In this document: piece after piece, positions 21,123-32,705 of the stretch
Layout: every line of letters begins with the position of its first letter
Position numbering within the stretch: position 1 is the stretch's first letter
Assembly (NCBI GenBank): GCA_965240325.2
Contig: OZ251222.1
Location: 372,001-436,000 of the forward strand
Reading direction: 5' to 3'
Source of the DNA: Rebecca billardiae RCC1528
Taxonomy: Eukaryota; Protista; Haptophyta
DNA length: 64,000 nt
The notes under the pieces: model-generated
Told to the model about the DNA's origin: nothing
What the model saw: only the letters and a program-made list of their open reading frames with translations
Database searches by the model: none
Position numbers and translations under genes: made by a program

Positions 21123-21925
21123 TGAAAATACGGTTTTGGAAAATAATAGCGCTGGGCGATGGCGGCCGGTCGCGACGAGCCGAGCGGATTGGTGCACGGG
21201 GAACCAATTCCCCGTGCACCAATCCAATCCGTTCGTCGCCAGGTGGCGCCGTTGCCGAGATCGAGCGGCAAAACCCTCAGCAGGTGGGCAAGAGAAGGAA
21301 ACAGGGAGGGCTGTCGCAGCGCGCGCGCCGCGGTGGGAAGAGAAGGGCTTGCCTCCCAACTGCAGCTTTGGCAGCGTTCCCTCTCGCGGCAGTGGAAGCC
21401 GACGACGAGGAGGATGAAGACGCAACTGCTGACGACTGCTGCGAAGCAGCAGCGGTGACACTCTGCGGTGCACAGCTGCTACCGCGCGCGCCGCGCGACT
21501 CGGACTCGGGTGATGGCGACAGCAGCACAGCACTGTCAGCAGTCCTCATGAAGACGATGAAGCTGCGTGCACGGGTGCACGAGGTGGCAGGCGAAAGCGC
21601 GCCGACGAGACAGCACTTGACACGCCTGAGCGCACGCCCATGCTCGCCGAGCGCGAGCGCTGCAAGTGCAACTACAGTGCGCGCCGCGCGGCAAGCGGAT
21701 GCCGGCTGTACTGCGGCACTGCGTCCGCGGTCATCGCCACTTCACTTGTCGACTGCTGCTGCGGCGGGCCGGGGGCACCCGGCACGCGCGGCGTAGCGCG
21801 CTAAACGGAAGGTGATGGTAGATGCGCTGTCACGCTCCTCCCGTCGACGCCGCCGCCGGCAGGACTATCGTCACTCTAGGCCGCCGAAAGTGTCGTTTTT
21901 TCGGCGGCGCTCACGCTTGCAACGG

Positions 21926-21928
<3 letters not shown>
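21123..21928. mobile_element. Relic of the GACnnGTTGCA transposon family (right end intact), related to 44773-45630
   Basis: Right end gtgtcgttttttcggcggcgctcacgcttgcaacgggtc; segments 21149-21285 and 21805-21860 align with 44848-44997 and 45493-45537. Confidence 0.7.
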
Positions 21929-21967
<39 letters not shown>

Positions 21968-22070
21968 GAGCTCTCTCTCTAGTTATCTAGAGCTCTCTCT
22001 CTCGATCCGGCTCGTCTCTCTATCTCTCTGCTCGTCTCTCTCGATATCGACTACGATCTCTCTCGTCTCT
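21929..22070. repeat. (CT)n microsatellite decaying into CT-rich low-complexity DNA
   Basis: Read directly from the sequence. Confidence 0.9.
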
Positions 22071-22915
22071 ACATCTGGTTACAACTCTCTCATCTCTGTA
22101 GTCTAGTACTCTACTGCCCACTTATACACAGTCACTCACACTCACACTGAGTCGCCGCTGACGCTCCGTGACTCTGAAGTCACCAGTGATGGTGCGCACG
22201 ACCGCGCTGATGTGCAGTTGGCTCAGTAGCTGACAGCTCGACTCACTGTAATCTCGTCATCCGCGGCGTATTAATTTCAGCGCATGCACTCACTACGACT
22301 CATCACTGCGCTTATTATATTAGCTATAGCTATAGCTGCTAGTACGACCGCTGCACCCACGCCAGTCCCTGCTGCCCCGCTCCACGAGGACCGAGACTCG
22401 CCCCCGGGCGACGACTTGGACGACGAGGAGCTGCCGCAGCAGCGGACGAAGCGCACCCTGGACGACGCCGCAGCACCAGCCGCCACCAGCCAGCCAGCTG
22501 GCTCGAGCGGCAGGCGCGTACGCGACCGCTCGGGGAGCACGGGGCAGGCTCGACCAGCTGCTACCAGCGGCTGAGACTGCCAGCTGACATCCGGACCTGC
22601 ACCATCGCCCTCGCTCGGGGCACAGCAGGGCCATGCGAGCCGCGCAGCGCAGGTGGATCGCGCTCCAGCAGCTCAAGGCCGCGCTCAAGCAATCCGATCG
22701 CGGTGCAGGCTATGCTCTGCCACCAACGCCGACTTCGTGTCGACGATCGTCGGGCACTGCCGCCGACGAATCAGGAGACCTGCGCCGTCCTACCTGTGTC
22801 GTTAAATCATAGAATGAGCATAGTATACCCGATGATTCGGCTAGTTATAGTACGGAGTAGAATCCGAGAGTCTGTACAGCGCATCACCGTCACCGGGTAC
22901 GTCGCCTGCCCGTAC

Positions 22916-24196
22916 TCAGCCGGTCGTGCCTGCCCCGAGCCCATCGCGCGAGATGCGCGCGAGCTCGTCGCACACGGCGTCGACCTCGTCGGCCGTGTTG
23001 TAGTGCGCAAAGCCCACGCGCACGAGCCCGCCGCACGTGTCCCGCCGCAGCCTGCGCATGGTCTCGACGGCGTAGTAGTGGCCGTGCCACACGAAGATAC
23101 CGCGCTCGCCAAGCTCGGCGGCCACCTCGGCGGGTGGCAGCCCGCACACGTGGAGCGCGAACGTCGGCGTGCGCCCGTGCGCGTGCGGCAGCCCGTGCAG
23201 CAGCACGCCCGGGATGGCGGCGACGCGCTCGAGGAAGCGCGAGGAGAGCGCGCGCTCGTGCTCGCCGATGCGTGCGTACGCGCGTGCGAGGCGCGAGCGC
23301 CTGGGGGCGCCGGCGGACACGTCGGCGCCCGCGAGCGACGCGAGGTACTCCACCGTCGCCGTGACGCCCGCGAGCGCCTCGTACGACTGCGTGCCCACCT
23401 CCCAGCTGTACGGCGGCAGCGTGGGCGCGGGCCGCAGCTTGTACGGCGCAACCGCCTCGAGCTGCGCGCGCGTGCCGGTGAGGATGCCGACGTGCGGCCC
23501 GAAGAACTTGTACGCGCTGCAAACGAGCCAGTCGGTGCCCGTCCCCGCGACGTCGACCAGCCCGTGCGGGGCGTAGTGCACCGCGTCCACGTACGTCTTG
23601 GCGCCCACAGCGTGGGCGGCCTCCACGATCCGCGCGACGTCACTCACCGTGCCCGTCGAGTTGGCGGCGTGGGTGAAGGCGACGAGTGCGGTCTTCGCGT
23701 CGAGGGCGGCGTCGAGGGAGCCCATGTCCAGCGTGCACCCGGCGCTCGGGTCGATGTCCACCCAGCGCACCTCCACCTGCTGCTCCGCCGCCGCTTGCAG
23801 CCACGGCGACACGTTGGCATCATGATCTGCACGCGTGAGCACGATGTTGCTCCCCGGCGCCCACGTGCGCGCAAGCGCGCGCGAGCAAGCGTAGGTGAGG
23901 GAGGTCATGTTCTGTCCGAATATGACAAGGTCGGGCGACTCGCAGCCGAGCAAGTCGGCCACGGCCGCGCGCGCGCCGTCGATCACGTCGCCCGTCTCGC
24001 GCGAGGTGACAAACTGGCCGCCCGTGTTGGCCAGCCCGCGGCGCGCGGCGGCCGCGATCGCGTCGATCACCGCGTCGGGCATTTGCGTGCCACCAGGTGC
24101 GTCGAGATACGCCGCAGTTCGCCCCCCGACCGCCCTGCCCAGCGCCGGGAAGAGGCGGCGCACCTCGCGCGCGGCGAGCGGCGCCGCGGACGACAT
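22916..24196 (-). CDS. Cysteine desulfurase-like protein, VC1184 subfamily (aminotransferase class V, PLP)
   Basis: Motifs YLDAPGGTQMP, FGQNMTSL, DHDANVSPW, VDAVHYAPH, SAYKFFGPH (PLP Lys), GHYYA; no introns. Confidence 0.92.
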   Translation of the reverse strand: MSSAAPLAAREVRRLFPALGRAVGGRTAAYLDAPGGTQMPDAVIDAIAAAARRGLANTGGQFVTSRETGDVIDGARAAVADLLGCESPDLVIFGQNMTSLTYACSRALARTWAPGSNIVLTRADHDANVSPWLQAAAEQQVEVRWVDIDPSAGCTLDMGSLDAALDAKTALVAFTHAANSTGTVSDVARIVEAAHAVGAKTYVDAVHYAPHGLVDVAGTGTDWLVCSAYKFFGPHVGILTGTRAQLEAVAPYKLRPAPTLPPYSWEVGTQSYEALAGVTATVEYLASLAGADVSAGAPRRSRLARAYARIGEHERALSSRFLERVAAIPGVLLHGLPHAHGRTPTFALHVCGLPPAEVAAELGERGIFVWHGHYYAVETMRRLRRDTCGGLVRVGFAHYNTADEVDAVCDELARISRDGLGAGTTG

Positions 24197-24306
24197 CCGG
24201 TCCTACCCAGATGCGTCGCGTCCGGTAGCTGCTCGACCGCGGCCGGACCGGCGGAGCTTTGCAGGGCGCGTCGGCAAACACCGTTCCGGTGCAGATCGCG
24301 CGCGAC

Positions 24307-25474
24307 ATGGCGGACAACGCTGCGCCGCCGCCTGAGGGCACGTCGGCTGAGGTGGAGGGGACCGTGCGCGTCGAGGTGGCCGGCACCGTGCACAATCTCG
24401 TGCCGGCGCAGCTCCCGCTGCCCAGCTCCCCGGGCGAGCCTCTCGAGCCTGCGCACGGCGCTGCGCGTGGCGGCGCATCCGGCGAGCACGGCAAGGACGG
24501 CAAAGACACGAAGGAGCTTGCGGCCGCGCAGCGCAGAATCGGCTCGCTGACCGCCGAGCGCGACGCGGCGCGCGCCAAGGAGAAGGAGCTTCACCACCGC
24601 GTGACCTCGCTGGAGAAGGAGCTGCGCGCCGAGCGCTCGCGCGGCCAGCAGCTGGAGCGGCAGCTGCACGCGATGAAGGTGCGCCGCACGCTCGCACAGG
24701 CTCTCGCGCGCGCGTGCGCCGCGTGGCGCCGCGCCACGCGGCCAGCGCCGCGTGAGAGCCGGCGTGCGCGATGCGTGGCTCGCCTCGCTCATCCGCGCCC
24801 GTGCCCGCCCCGCCCAACCCGCCGTGCAGCTGACGAACGCGCAGCTCATGCGCCTCAGGCAGGACGAGCAGAACGCATCCTCGCAGCAGCAGCAGCAGCA
24901 CCACCACCACCAGCAGCATGGCGGGGACGCGCACGGCCGGCAGCGCAACCAGTCGCGCTCACTCGGGCAGCAGGGCTCTGTGGGCGGTGCTGCGTCGCGC
25001 GATGGGCGCACGCCGCCGCCCGCCGGCGGCACGGGCAGCGAGCGCGGCGCGGATGGGCGCGGACGCGGCGGCGCGCGCGGTGCGGGCAGTGGCGCGCACG
25101 CGCAGCGAAGCGGTGGGCGGCATGTGCCGCCGGCCGCGCATGCAGCCGGTGGCGAGCGTGGCGGTGCCGGGGCGGCCAGTGGTGGCCCTGCAGCTGGTGG
25201 CGGCGGTGGCGGCGGCGGTGGCAGGGACGAGGACGCCCGGCAGACTCAGGGGGGGTATGATGGCATGCCGCCTGCAAACGATGGTGCCACCGTGCCGCCA
25301 CTCGATGCGGCAGCGGCGGCGCGCGCTGAGCTGCGCGAGGCGCTGGTCACGGCGGATGCGGCACGGCTGCAGGCGGCAGTTTTGCGTGCCGAGGGTCTCG
25401 GCCTCGAGCGTGAGGCGGCGCACGGCCGGAAGAAAATGGCGACGCTTGGCTCCGCACCGCAGCCATCATCGTGA
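24307..25474 (+). CDS. Hypothetical coiled-coil protein; intron 24679-24829
   Basis: Heptad region ELAAAQRRIGSL...LHAMK|LTNAQL; GT..AG splicing joins the two ORFs in frame. Confidence 0.7.
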
Positions 25475-26657
25475 AGCATGTGCCGCAGCATGCGTTGTCA
25501 TCGCGGATTCGCAGCCGCCGCGCAGATTTGAGATCGGCAGGGCCGCATGCGTGCTAACGGTGGACATCACGGGTGATGGCGGCGTTTCGGACGGGGTGAG
25601 CGGCGGCGGCGAGACTGCCGCACGCGGCGCACGCCTGTCCGTCAGTCCGTCCCGGATGCAGCCCGGCAGTAGTCAGTGTCGCGAGCGTGTGGCAACTGGC
25701 ATGGCGCCCGACTTATCTGTTATCACCAGTCTTGGCAGGCCCTCCTAAGGGGACAGCACTGCTGTGCGGTCTCCGTCTGCCCCGGCTCGGCGGCTCCGCC
25801 ATCGCGGGCATCCGGCATCGTGAGTGACTCGTCCGCGCGGCGCCGCGGCGCGGCCGCGGGCCGCGCAGGCCCGAGGCCTCAGGCCGGGGCGCCGCGGTCC
25901 GATCGGCCGAGTCGCGGGCGCAGGCCGCAGGCGCAGTGCTCATTGGCCGGCCGAGGGCCGAGGGCGGCGGCGGCCCCGGCGCGCGGGTGACGGGGTGGCA
26001 GTGTGGACTGTGTTGGCGTCATCCGCCTAGTGATCAGACTGATCCGAACCCTCGTACTACCGATGTAGAGACTAGAGTACTAGTGAGTGACTCACTCTAA
26101 TCTCTATAAACAGTACGACCGCGTAACTGAGCCGGAGAATTAATATATATATATCAGATATATTTAATTATTTATATAAGTTATAACCGTCTGCGGGCTA
26201 CTTAATAACGCGTCGACTTTGGCCCTCGTTCGACCTGCACGCGAGACGACGAGGGCAGCAATCGCGAATCGGGCGAAAAAAACCCTCGGGAGTCCTCTCA
26301 CGATGTCCGCGCCGCGGCGTTGGATCTGGATTCTGGCGCGCGGCGCCCCCGCACTAGTCACTACTCACTCACTCGAGACTCTCTAAGCCAGGCGCCGGCT
26401 CTGCCGCGCCATGCCCATGCAGCCAACCGTAGGCTCACCTTTTTCGGCCGAGCGTCCCCAGTGGGAGCTGCGACTGTCTGCGAGCAAGTTGCTGCGAGGG
26501 CGCCCGGTAGTGAGCGAAGCGATTTTCTTTTCAGCTTGGCGAGGCGATTTTCTTTTTCTTTTCTTTTTCTTATCTTTTTCCCGGGCTACTAGTCCGGTAC
26601 TACAAGGGGCCGTAGGGGCGGACCTACCGGTAGTCCGGTACTCAGCTCTACGAAATA

Positions 26658-26997
26658 CAGTTTATTTGTTTTAACGTGCGTAAGGCTCACGGTGGCAGGT
26701 TGCCGCGCGCCCGTGCCGGGCGGCCGCGGGCGGCCGGGCAGGTGTTAGTCAACAAGTTCATATGCTTTTCTTGATTGCGATTCCCTACTGAAGAACTCCT
26801 GCACCGCGATCGTAAAGCTTGAGCGGCCCGCCACCCGCCATACATGAGTTACAGTATGACGAAATGCAGGTGAAACAAACACCTGTTGGCGCGTTCAAAA
26901 CCAGTATGTCAGTAGGGAATCGCAATCAAGAAAAGCATATGAACTTGTTGACTAATAACACCTGCCGCCGCCGCCCGCGGCCGCCCGGCACGGACTG
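26658..26997. mobile_element. Composite MITE: family A left end fused to an ~80-bp-arm inverted repeat ending ACTG-TA
   Basis: Arms 26711-26791 and 26909-26993; TA on both outer sides. Confidence 0.75.
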
Positions 26998-27050
26998 TAT
27001 TTCATAGAGCTGAGTAGCTGACAGGTAACCGTTCGTAAGTACGGTAGTAG

Positions 27051-27096
27051 TACAGTTTACTAAGAATAAGAGACGCACACAGCTCAGGCAGGCGAG
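27051..27096 (+). mobile_element. pogo/Tc2-like end (CAGTTTACTAAGAATAAGAGACGCAC family C)
   Basis: Reverse-complement copy at 40278-40328. Confidence 0.6.
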
Positions 27097-27417
27097 ATAG
27101 TACTGTATCACAGGTAATAATGCAAGTGTGTGTAAAGGGCGGCTTAAACAGCGCGCGCGCGGTCTGGCGGGGCGTAACATCGTTCCATTTTGGGCGATTG
27201 ATGCCACCGCAATTATTGGAATTGGCAAGTTGCCCAAGTAAACGACGAAGATCCTCGAATCGCGGAGTCGAGAGACGTTCGTGATTGGCCCGCGCCCATT
27301 GATGAGCAGAGGTGCTTGATTGATGCACTCAACCACTTAGTTTTTCGGCACCCGCCTTCGTCCGCACCAGCGCGCCTTCCGCGTTCGCGCCGTGCACACT
27401 CTCATCGAGTGCGTCAG

Positions 27418-30400
27418 ATGAGCCGAGCGTTGAGCGGCATCCGCGTCACGCCTTCGACACCGCAGCGCGCCTCCGCGGTGTGGTCCAGCAGGCTGAAGAA
27501 GCACAGCGCCAGCGATGTTCGCATTGACATCCTGCCTGGCTACGAACGGGCGGGCAGCGCATGCGGAGCGCTGCCCGCGCCGGCGCCGCATGCTGGCGCG
27601 AACGCTGAAAATACGCCGACACCGTCCGCGAGCACCGACTCGGAGGGGCTGTTGCCCGCTCGCCGATCATTGCGGCTGAGCCTCGGAGGGACGTTCAACG
27701 ATCCCGCCACCGAGCGCATGTTCCGCGAGGGCGTGCTGCGCACCGTCCTCGAGCAGCGCGCTCTCGTGCTCACGCTCGCGCTCACGCTCGCCGGCCTGGC
27801 GATAGCCCTCACGCACAAGACTGCCGGGCGCCGCGAGCAGGCGCCCGCGACGTGGGCCCTCGCGAGCATCGCCGCGCTCCTCGCCGCGTACACTGCGTGC
27901 ACGCGCCTCCGGCGGCTGCCGCTCGTGCACACAGAGGCCGTGCTCACGCTCTGCCTGTGCGCCGTCGCCGTGCTCATGCCGTCGTCGGTGGCGCGCGGCG
28001 GGGAGTACCCCGTGCACGCGGTGCGTGACGCCGAGCTCACGACGCTCTGGCTCGCCGAGCACCTCGCGCTTCTGATCGCCACCGCCATCTACGTGCCGAT
28101 TCGCACGCCCGCGTTCGCGCTGCTCGTGCTCTGCGCCGCCTCGACGGCCGGCGCGACGCTCGTCGCCGCGATGCGCGGCATCTCGGACGACGAGGCGGAG
28201 GACGCGTCGGCCGCGCTGATGTACAGCACGGTGTTCGGCGTGTACGCCGCCGCCGCGCTCTCCCTCCTCGGCGCGCGCGCGCGGCTGGGCCACCTCGAGC
28301 GCGCGGGCTTCCACCTGTCGCACACGCTGAACGCGGCGCTGGAGGACCAGCAGTCGATGCAGAGCGCGGAGAGCACGGCGGAGCTGCGGCTGCAGACGGC
28401 GCGCGCGGCGTCGCAGGCGCGCTCGCGGCTGATCCGGATGGTGATGCACGACCTGCGCAGCCCGCTCCTCTCCGTCACCAGCCTCGCGTGCATGCTGCGC
28501 GACGAGGCGGAGGCGGCCGACCAGGCTGAGCCCGCGCCTCGCCTCACGGAGACGCACGTGCTCGAGGCGCTCGAGGGGCTCGAGACGTGCGCGGAGCTGA
28601 TGGAGCACATCGTCTCGGACATGCTCGACTTCGAGCGCATCGAGTCCGGCCGCCTCATCCTCGTCGAGGCGCCCTTCGAGCTCGACGAGCTGCTGCGCTG
28701 GACGCGCGTCACGTTTGGCGCGGTCGCGGCCGGCAAAGGCCTGCAGTTCGAAACGCACCCGCCGCCGCCCGGCCTCGCGTCGGTGCGGCTGGTGGGCGAC
28801 GTGCGCCGGCTGCAGCAGTGCCTGAACAACGGCGTGTCCAACGCGGTGCGCGCGCGCGCGCGCCACCCTCGCCCCACCGCGCGCCGCCCGGCCGCACGCT
28901 CGCGCCGCGCTCCGCTCGCTGGCACCGGCTGCTGACCGCTGCTCCCGCCCGCTCCCGGCGCGCCTCCGCCGCCCCCCGCAGCTCAAGTTCACGGAGAGCG
29001 GCGGCCGCGTGACCGTGCACGCGTTCGAGGGGCACACGCTGGAGGCGGAGGAGGCCCTTCCCGCAGACGGCTCCGCCGACGCGCCCTCGCCCCGAGGCCC
29101 ACTCCGCACGGTGCACGTCTGCGTGGACGACACGGGTGTCGGGCTGGACACGGCGGAGCTGGACACGCTGCGCGGCGGCGCGGAGCCGTTCGCGCAGGTG
29201 GGGAAGGGGCAGCTGCAGGGGAGCGGCGGCACGGGCCTCGGGCTGAGCATCACGCGGCAGCTGCTCGCGCTGCACAACGGCTCGACCATGCGCCTCTCGA
29301 GCACGGGCCACGCGCAGGGCACCCGCTTCGAGATGATCCTGCGGCTGCGCGAGCACACCCCGAGCGGGAGCGCGGCGAGCGGCGCGCTGGCGCCTGAGCT
29401 CGCCAAGCTCGCGCTCGCGCAGGTGCGCGCGGACGGGGCGAGCTCGCGCATGCGCAGCCGGATGGTCTCGTCGCGCCGCTCGACGGAGTACAGCGTCGCG
29501 GGCGACCCAAGCCGCCCGCCCTCCGAGCCCTCCTCGCCGCCGCTGTACTCGCTGCGGCACCGCACGCTCTCGCCGATGGCCGCGCCCCTCGACCTGGCCG
29601 CAGACGCGGACACGGAGACGTCGCCCTCCGAGCCCGAGGCGGAGGAGAGGGCGGAGAGGGCGGCGGAGGGCGAGGAGGCGGCGGCGGTGCAGGAGCGTGA
29701 GGGCCTGCACGCGGCGCCGCACGCGCCCGAGGCGCAGCCGCCGACGACGCCCGACGACGCCGGCTCGGCCTCGGTCGTCCCCTCGCCTCAATTCGCCGAG
29801 CGCACACGCACAATGACACGCAGCCGCGCGCGCTCCGAGCATCTCAAGTCGATCGTGCGCTTCGGCGGGCAGCCGCAGCAGGCGCAGCCGGCGGAGCCTC
29901 CGCCGAGCGCGGCGGGTGGGGCCGGCGGGCACAGGCGCGGCCCCGCCTTCAGGAGCGCCGCCGAGCCGCGCGCGCCCGACACGCGGCCCGTGCTCGACGG
30001 CTCCTTCGGCCAGCGCTCAGAGCGCTCAGAGCGCTCGGAGCCTGGCCACGTGTCCTGGGCAGCCGACGGGCGCGGCGGCGTTGGCGCTGCCGTCGCGGCG
30101 TGGCGCGGGCCGGCCGTCGCGGAGGACGCGGAGCGCCACGGCGCGGAGCCGCGGGCCGCCGCCACGCCCCCGCCGAGCGACGCGCACCTCACCTCCGCGT
30201 CCGGGGTCGCGCGCGCCACCAAGAAGTCCGGCCGGCTCCTCTCGTTCCCACCGGACTTCCGCTGCCTGCACGTGGAGGACGACCGCATCCTGCAGCGCGC
30301 GCTGCCGCTGCGCACGTTCAAGAAGGTGGGCGCGCCGTTCGACACGGCGAGCGACGGCGCGGAGGCGGTGGAGATGGTGCTGCACGGCGCGGCGGAGTAC

Positions 30401-30658
30401 GCGCTCATCGTGATGGACAATCAGATGCCGCGGATGTCGGGCATCCTCGCGACGCGCGCGCTCCGCCGCGGCGGCTTCCGCGGCCTCATCATCGGCATGA
30501 CGGGCGACCCGCAGGGCTCGCCCGACCGCGACGAGTTCGAGGCGGCTGGCCTGGACGCGTGCCTCGACAAGGACGCGCACGGCATCGAGAGCATCCTCAC
30601 CGTGCTGCGCTCGTGCGCGCTCATGCCGGGCGACAACGCCGAGGCGCGGCAGCCGTGA
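27418..30658 (+). CDS. Membrane-bound hybrid sensor histidine kinase (multi-TM, HisKA, HATPase, receiver); intron 28846-28981
   Basis: H-box MHDLRSPL, N-box NNGVSNA|LKFT, DDTGVG, GGTGLGLSI; receiver HVEDD, MDNQMPRMSG, GMTG, LDK. Confidence 0.93.
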
Positions 30659-30830
30659 GGGCGGCTGGCAGGGAGCCAGCCGGTTTCGCCGAGCTGTTTT
30701 CGCGCATTCGCCGTGATGCAGCATGCTCGGAGGCCCGCCAACGGATGACGGGATACTACATGCAAACTGTACAGAAATCAGAATTATAATAATAAATATT
30801 AATTATTTTTCATATATATATATATATATA

Positions 30831-32705
30831 ACAAGCTGATCAACAGGCTCGGCTCGGCGCACAAGCAGGGGCTGTGGGTGCTCACGCACTACTCGACCTC
30901 GACGAAGCTCGACTACTTCCTCCGCCACATCGAGCCCGACGCCACCGCCGAGGCGTGTGAGCGGTTTGACGCTATCATCCTCCGGCAGGCCGGCGTCGCG
31001 CTAGGCTTCCCCACCGACGACCAGCTCGACGACATCATGCTGCAGCGGCTCCGCCTGCCCGTCCGCCTCGGGGGGCTCGCCCTGCGCTCGGCGGCGCAGC
31101 GGGCACCCGCCGCCTTCTGGGCGGGGGCCCACGCCGCTGTTCCCGCGTTCCTCGACCGCCACGCCCCCATGCAGGGCGGCGTCGCCGTGCACGGCGTCCT
31201 CGAGCGCGACTCCATCGTCGCGCGCGTGGGCCGCGACGCGTTCGTGGACATGCGCGCCGCCGGATGGCGCCAGTTTCTGCAGTCGGGCTCGGCGCTCGGG
31301 CGGACGCTCGCGACCATCTGGGAGCGCCTCCAGCTCGCCGAGCAGGAGGCGCCAGCTGTGCCCAACCGGCAGCCTTACTGCGTGCTCCACCTCCCGGCGG
31401 GTCAGGTGGCACCCACTGCACGCCGGGCTGTGGACGGCACCATCTACTACAGCCTCGCCAAGGACATCACGGAGGACGTCGAGAACACCCACGGCTGGCT
31501 CCTGCGGCGGCAGCTCAGCTCTCTCTCGCGGGACGACCGCCGTGTGCACCTCATCCAGAACGTGGACCGTGCCTCACTCGCGTTCGTGGGCGCGCTCCCG
31601 ATCGGCAGCGCGGCGGTCCACCACCAGGGTGAGTGGCTCGAGATCGCGGCGCGCGCGCTCGGGATCCCCAGCCCGGTCTGCGCGCCGCTGGCCCAGGCCG
31701 GGGCGTACGTGCCCACGCGCTCGGGTCCTGGCATCCGGGTGGACGCGTACGGCGACGCGCTCCTCAGCGCGTCCGGCCGCAACGCGCTCCCCGGCGACCA
31801 CGTCGCACGCTACCGGCACGACCCGGTGATCCGCGTGCTGGCGGGGTTCTTCCGCACGTACGCCGGTGTGTACGCCGTGCCGGAGGACACCTGGATCTTC
31901 GGCTCGGTGCACGCCCAGTCCACCGCCCAGGCGCAGGCGGTGCTCGGCACGGACCGCAAGCGCGTGCCGGTGGTGGACCTGAGTGCCGAGGTGCACGGCA
32001 ACTGTACCCTGTTCGAGGTCAAGACCATCTCGCTGAGCCAGTCGCGCTACAGGGTGAGCGACGGCCGCAACGGTGCGGTGCGCCACCGCGCGGAACTCGT
32101 CCCGCGCGAGCGGCGCAAGCAGCTGCAGCTCCTCGACCGCGAGGTCTACGGCACGCTTGAGGGCCAGGTGGGCCCATACGAGGCGCGGCTCGACACCTTC
32201 CCCGCGATCGTCCCGATTGTCGTGGGGGCGTTCGGCGAGTGGAGCGCGGAGGTGGACCTCACCCTCAAGAAGATCGCCAAGATGGGGCGGGACACGTGGC
32301 GCGCGCGCCTCAGCGCGCCCTCGCGCCCCGCCGCCGAGCGCGCGCTGCTCGGCACCATGCGGCGCGAGCTGGGCATGCGCTGCCTGCGTGGCCAGGCCAA
32401 GATGCTCATCGCCCGCGCGCGCATGGCGCACGTGCGCCCGGGGGCACGCGCCCGCGGGGGCGCTGCATACGACGACTACTTCGAGACGACGGCTGACGAC
32501 GCGTGGCACCGCGACCACCGCGGTGGCGCGTGCGCGTCGACGCCAGACGGTGCGTCGAGCTTCCGCTCGGCGATGGAGTGATGGGCGACTATGAGGGGGG
32601 GGGACGACGGCGAGGAGCGCTGATCCTGGTGTTTGTCTCTGCTGCTCGATCTGCTGCTACAGCTTGCTGACTCTGACGCCTGCCCGTTGCATACCACGTC
32701 GTTAA
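30831..32705 (+). mobile_element. 5'-truncated CRE/SLACS-like non-LTR retrotransposon inserted in (TA)n; ORF to 32581 covers the post-RT region and an RLE endonuclease
   Basis: ORF is open from the junction. Motifs QGLWVLTHY..KLDYFLR, LPVRLGGLALRS, DAYGD..PGD..RHD, D..LFEVKT (PD-(D/E)xK), VVGAFGEW. TA repeats on both sides; 3' end GCATACCACGTCGTTAA. Confidence 0.85.
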
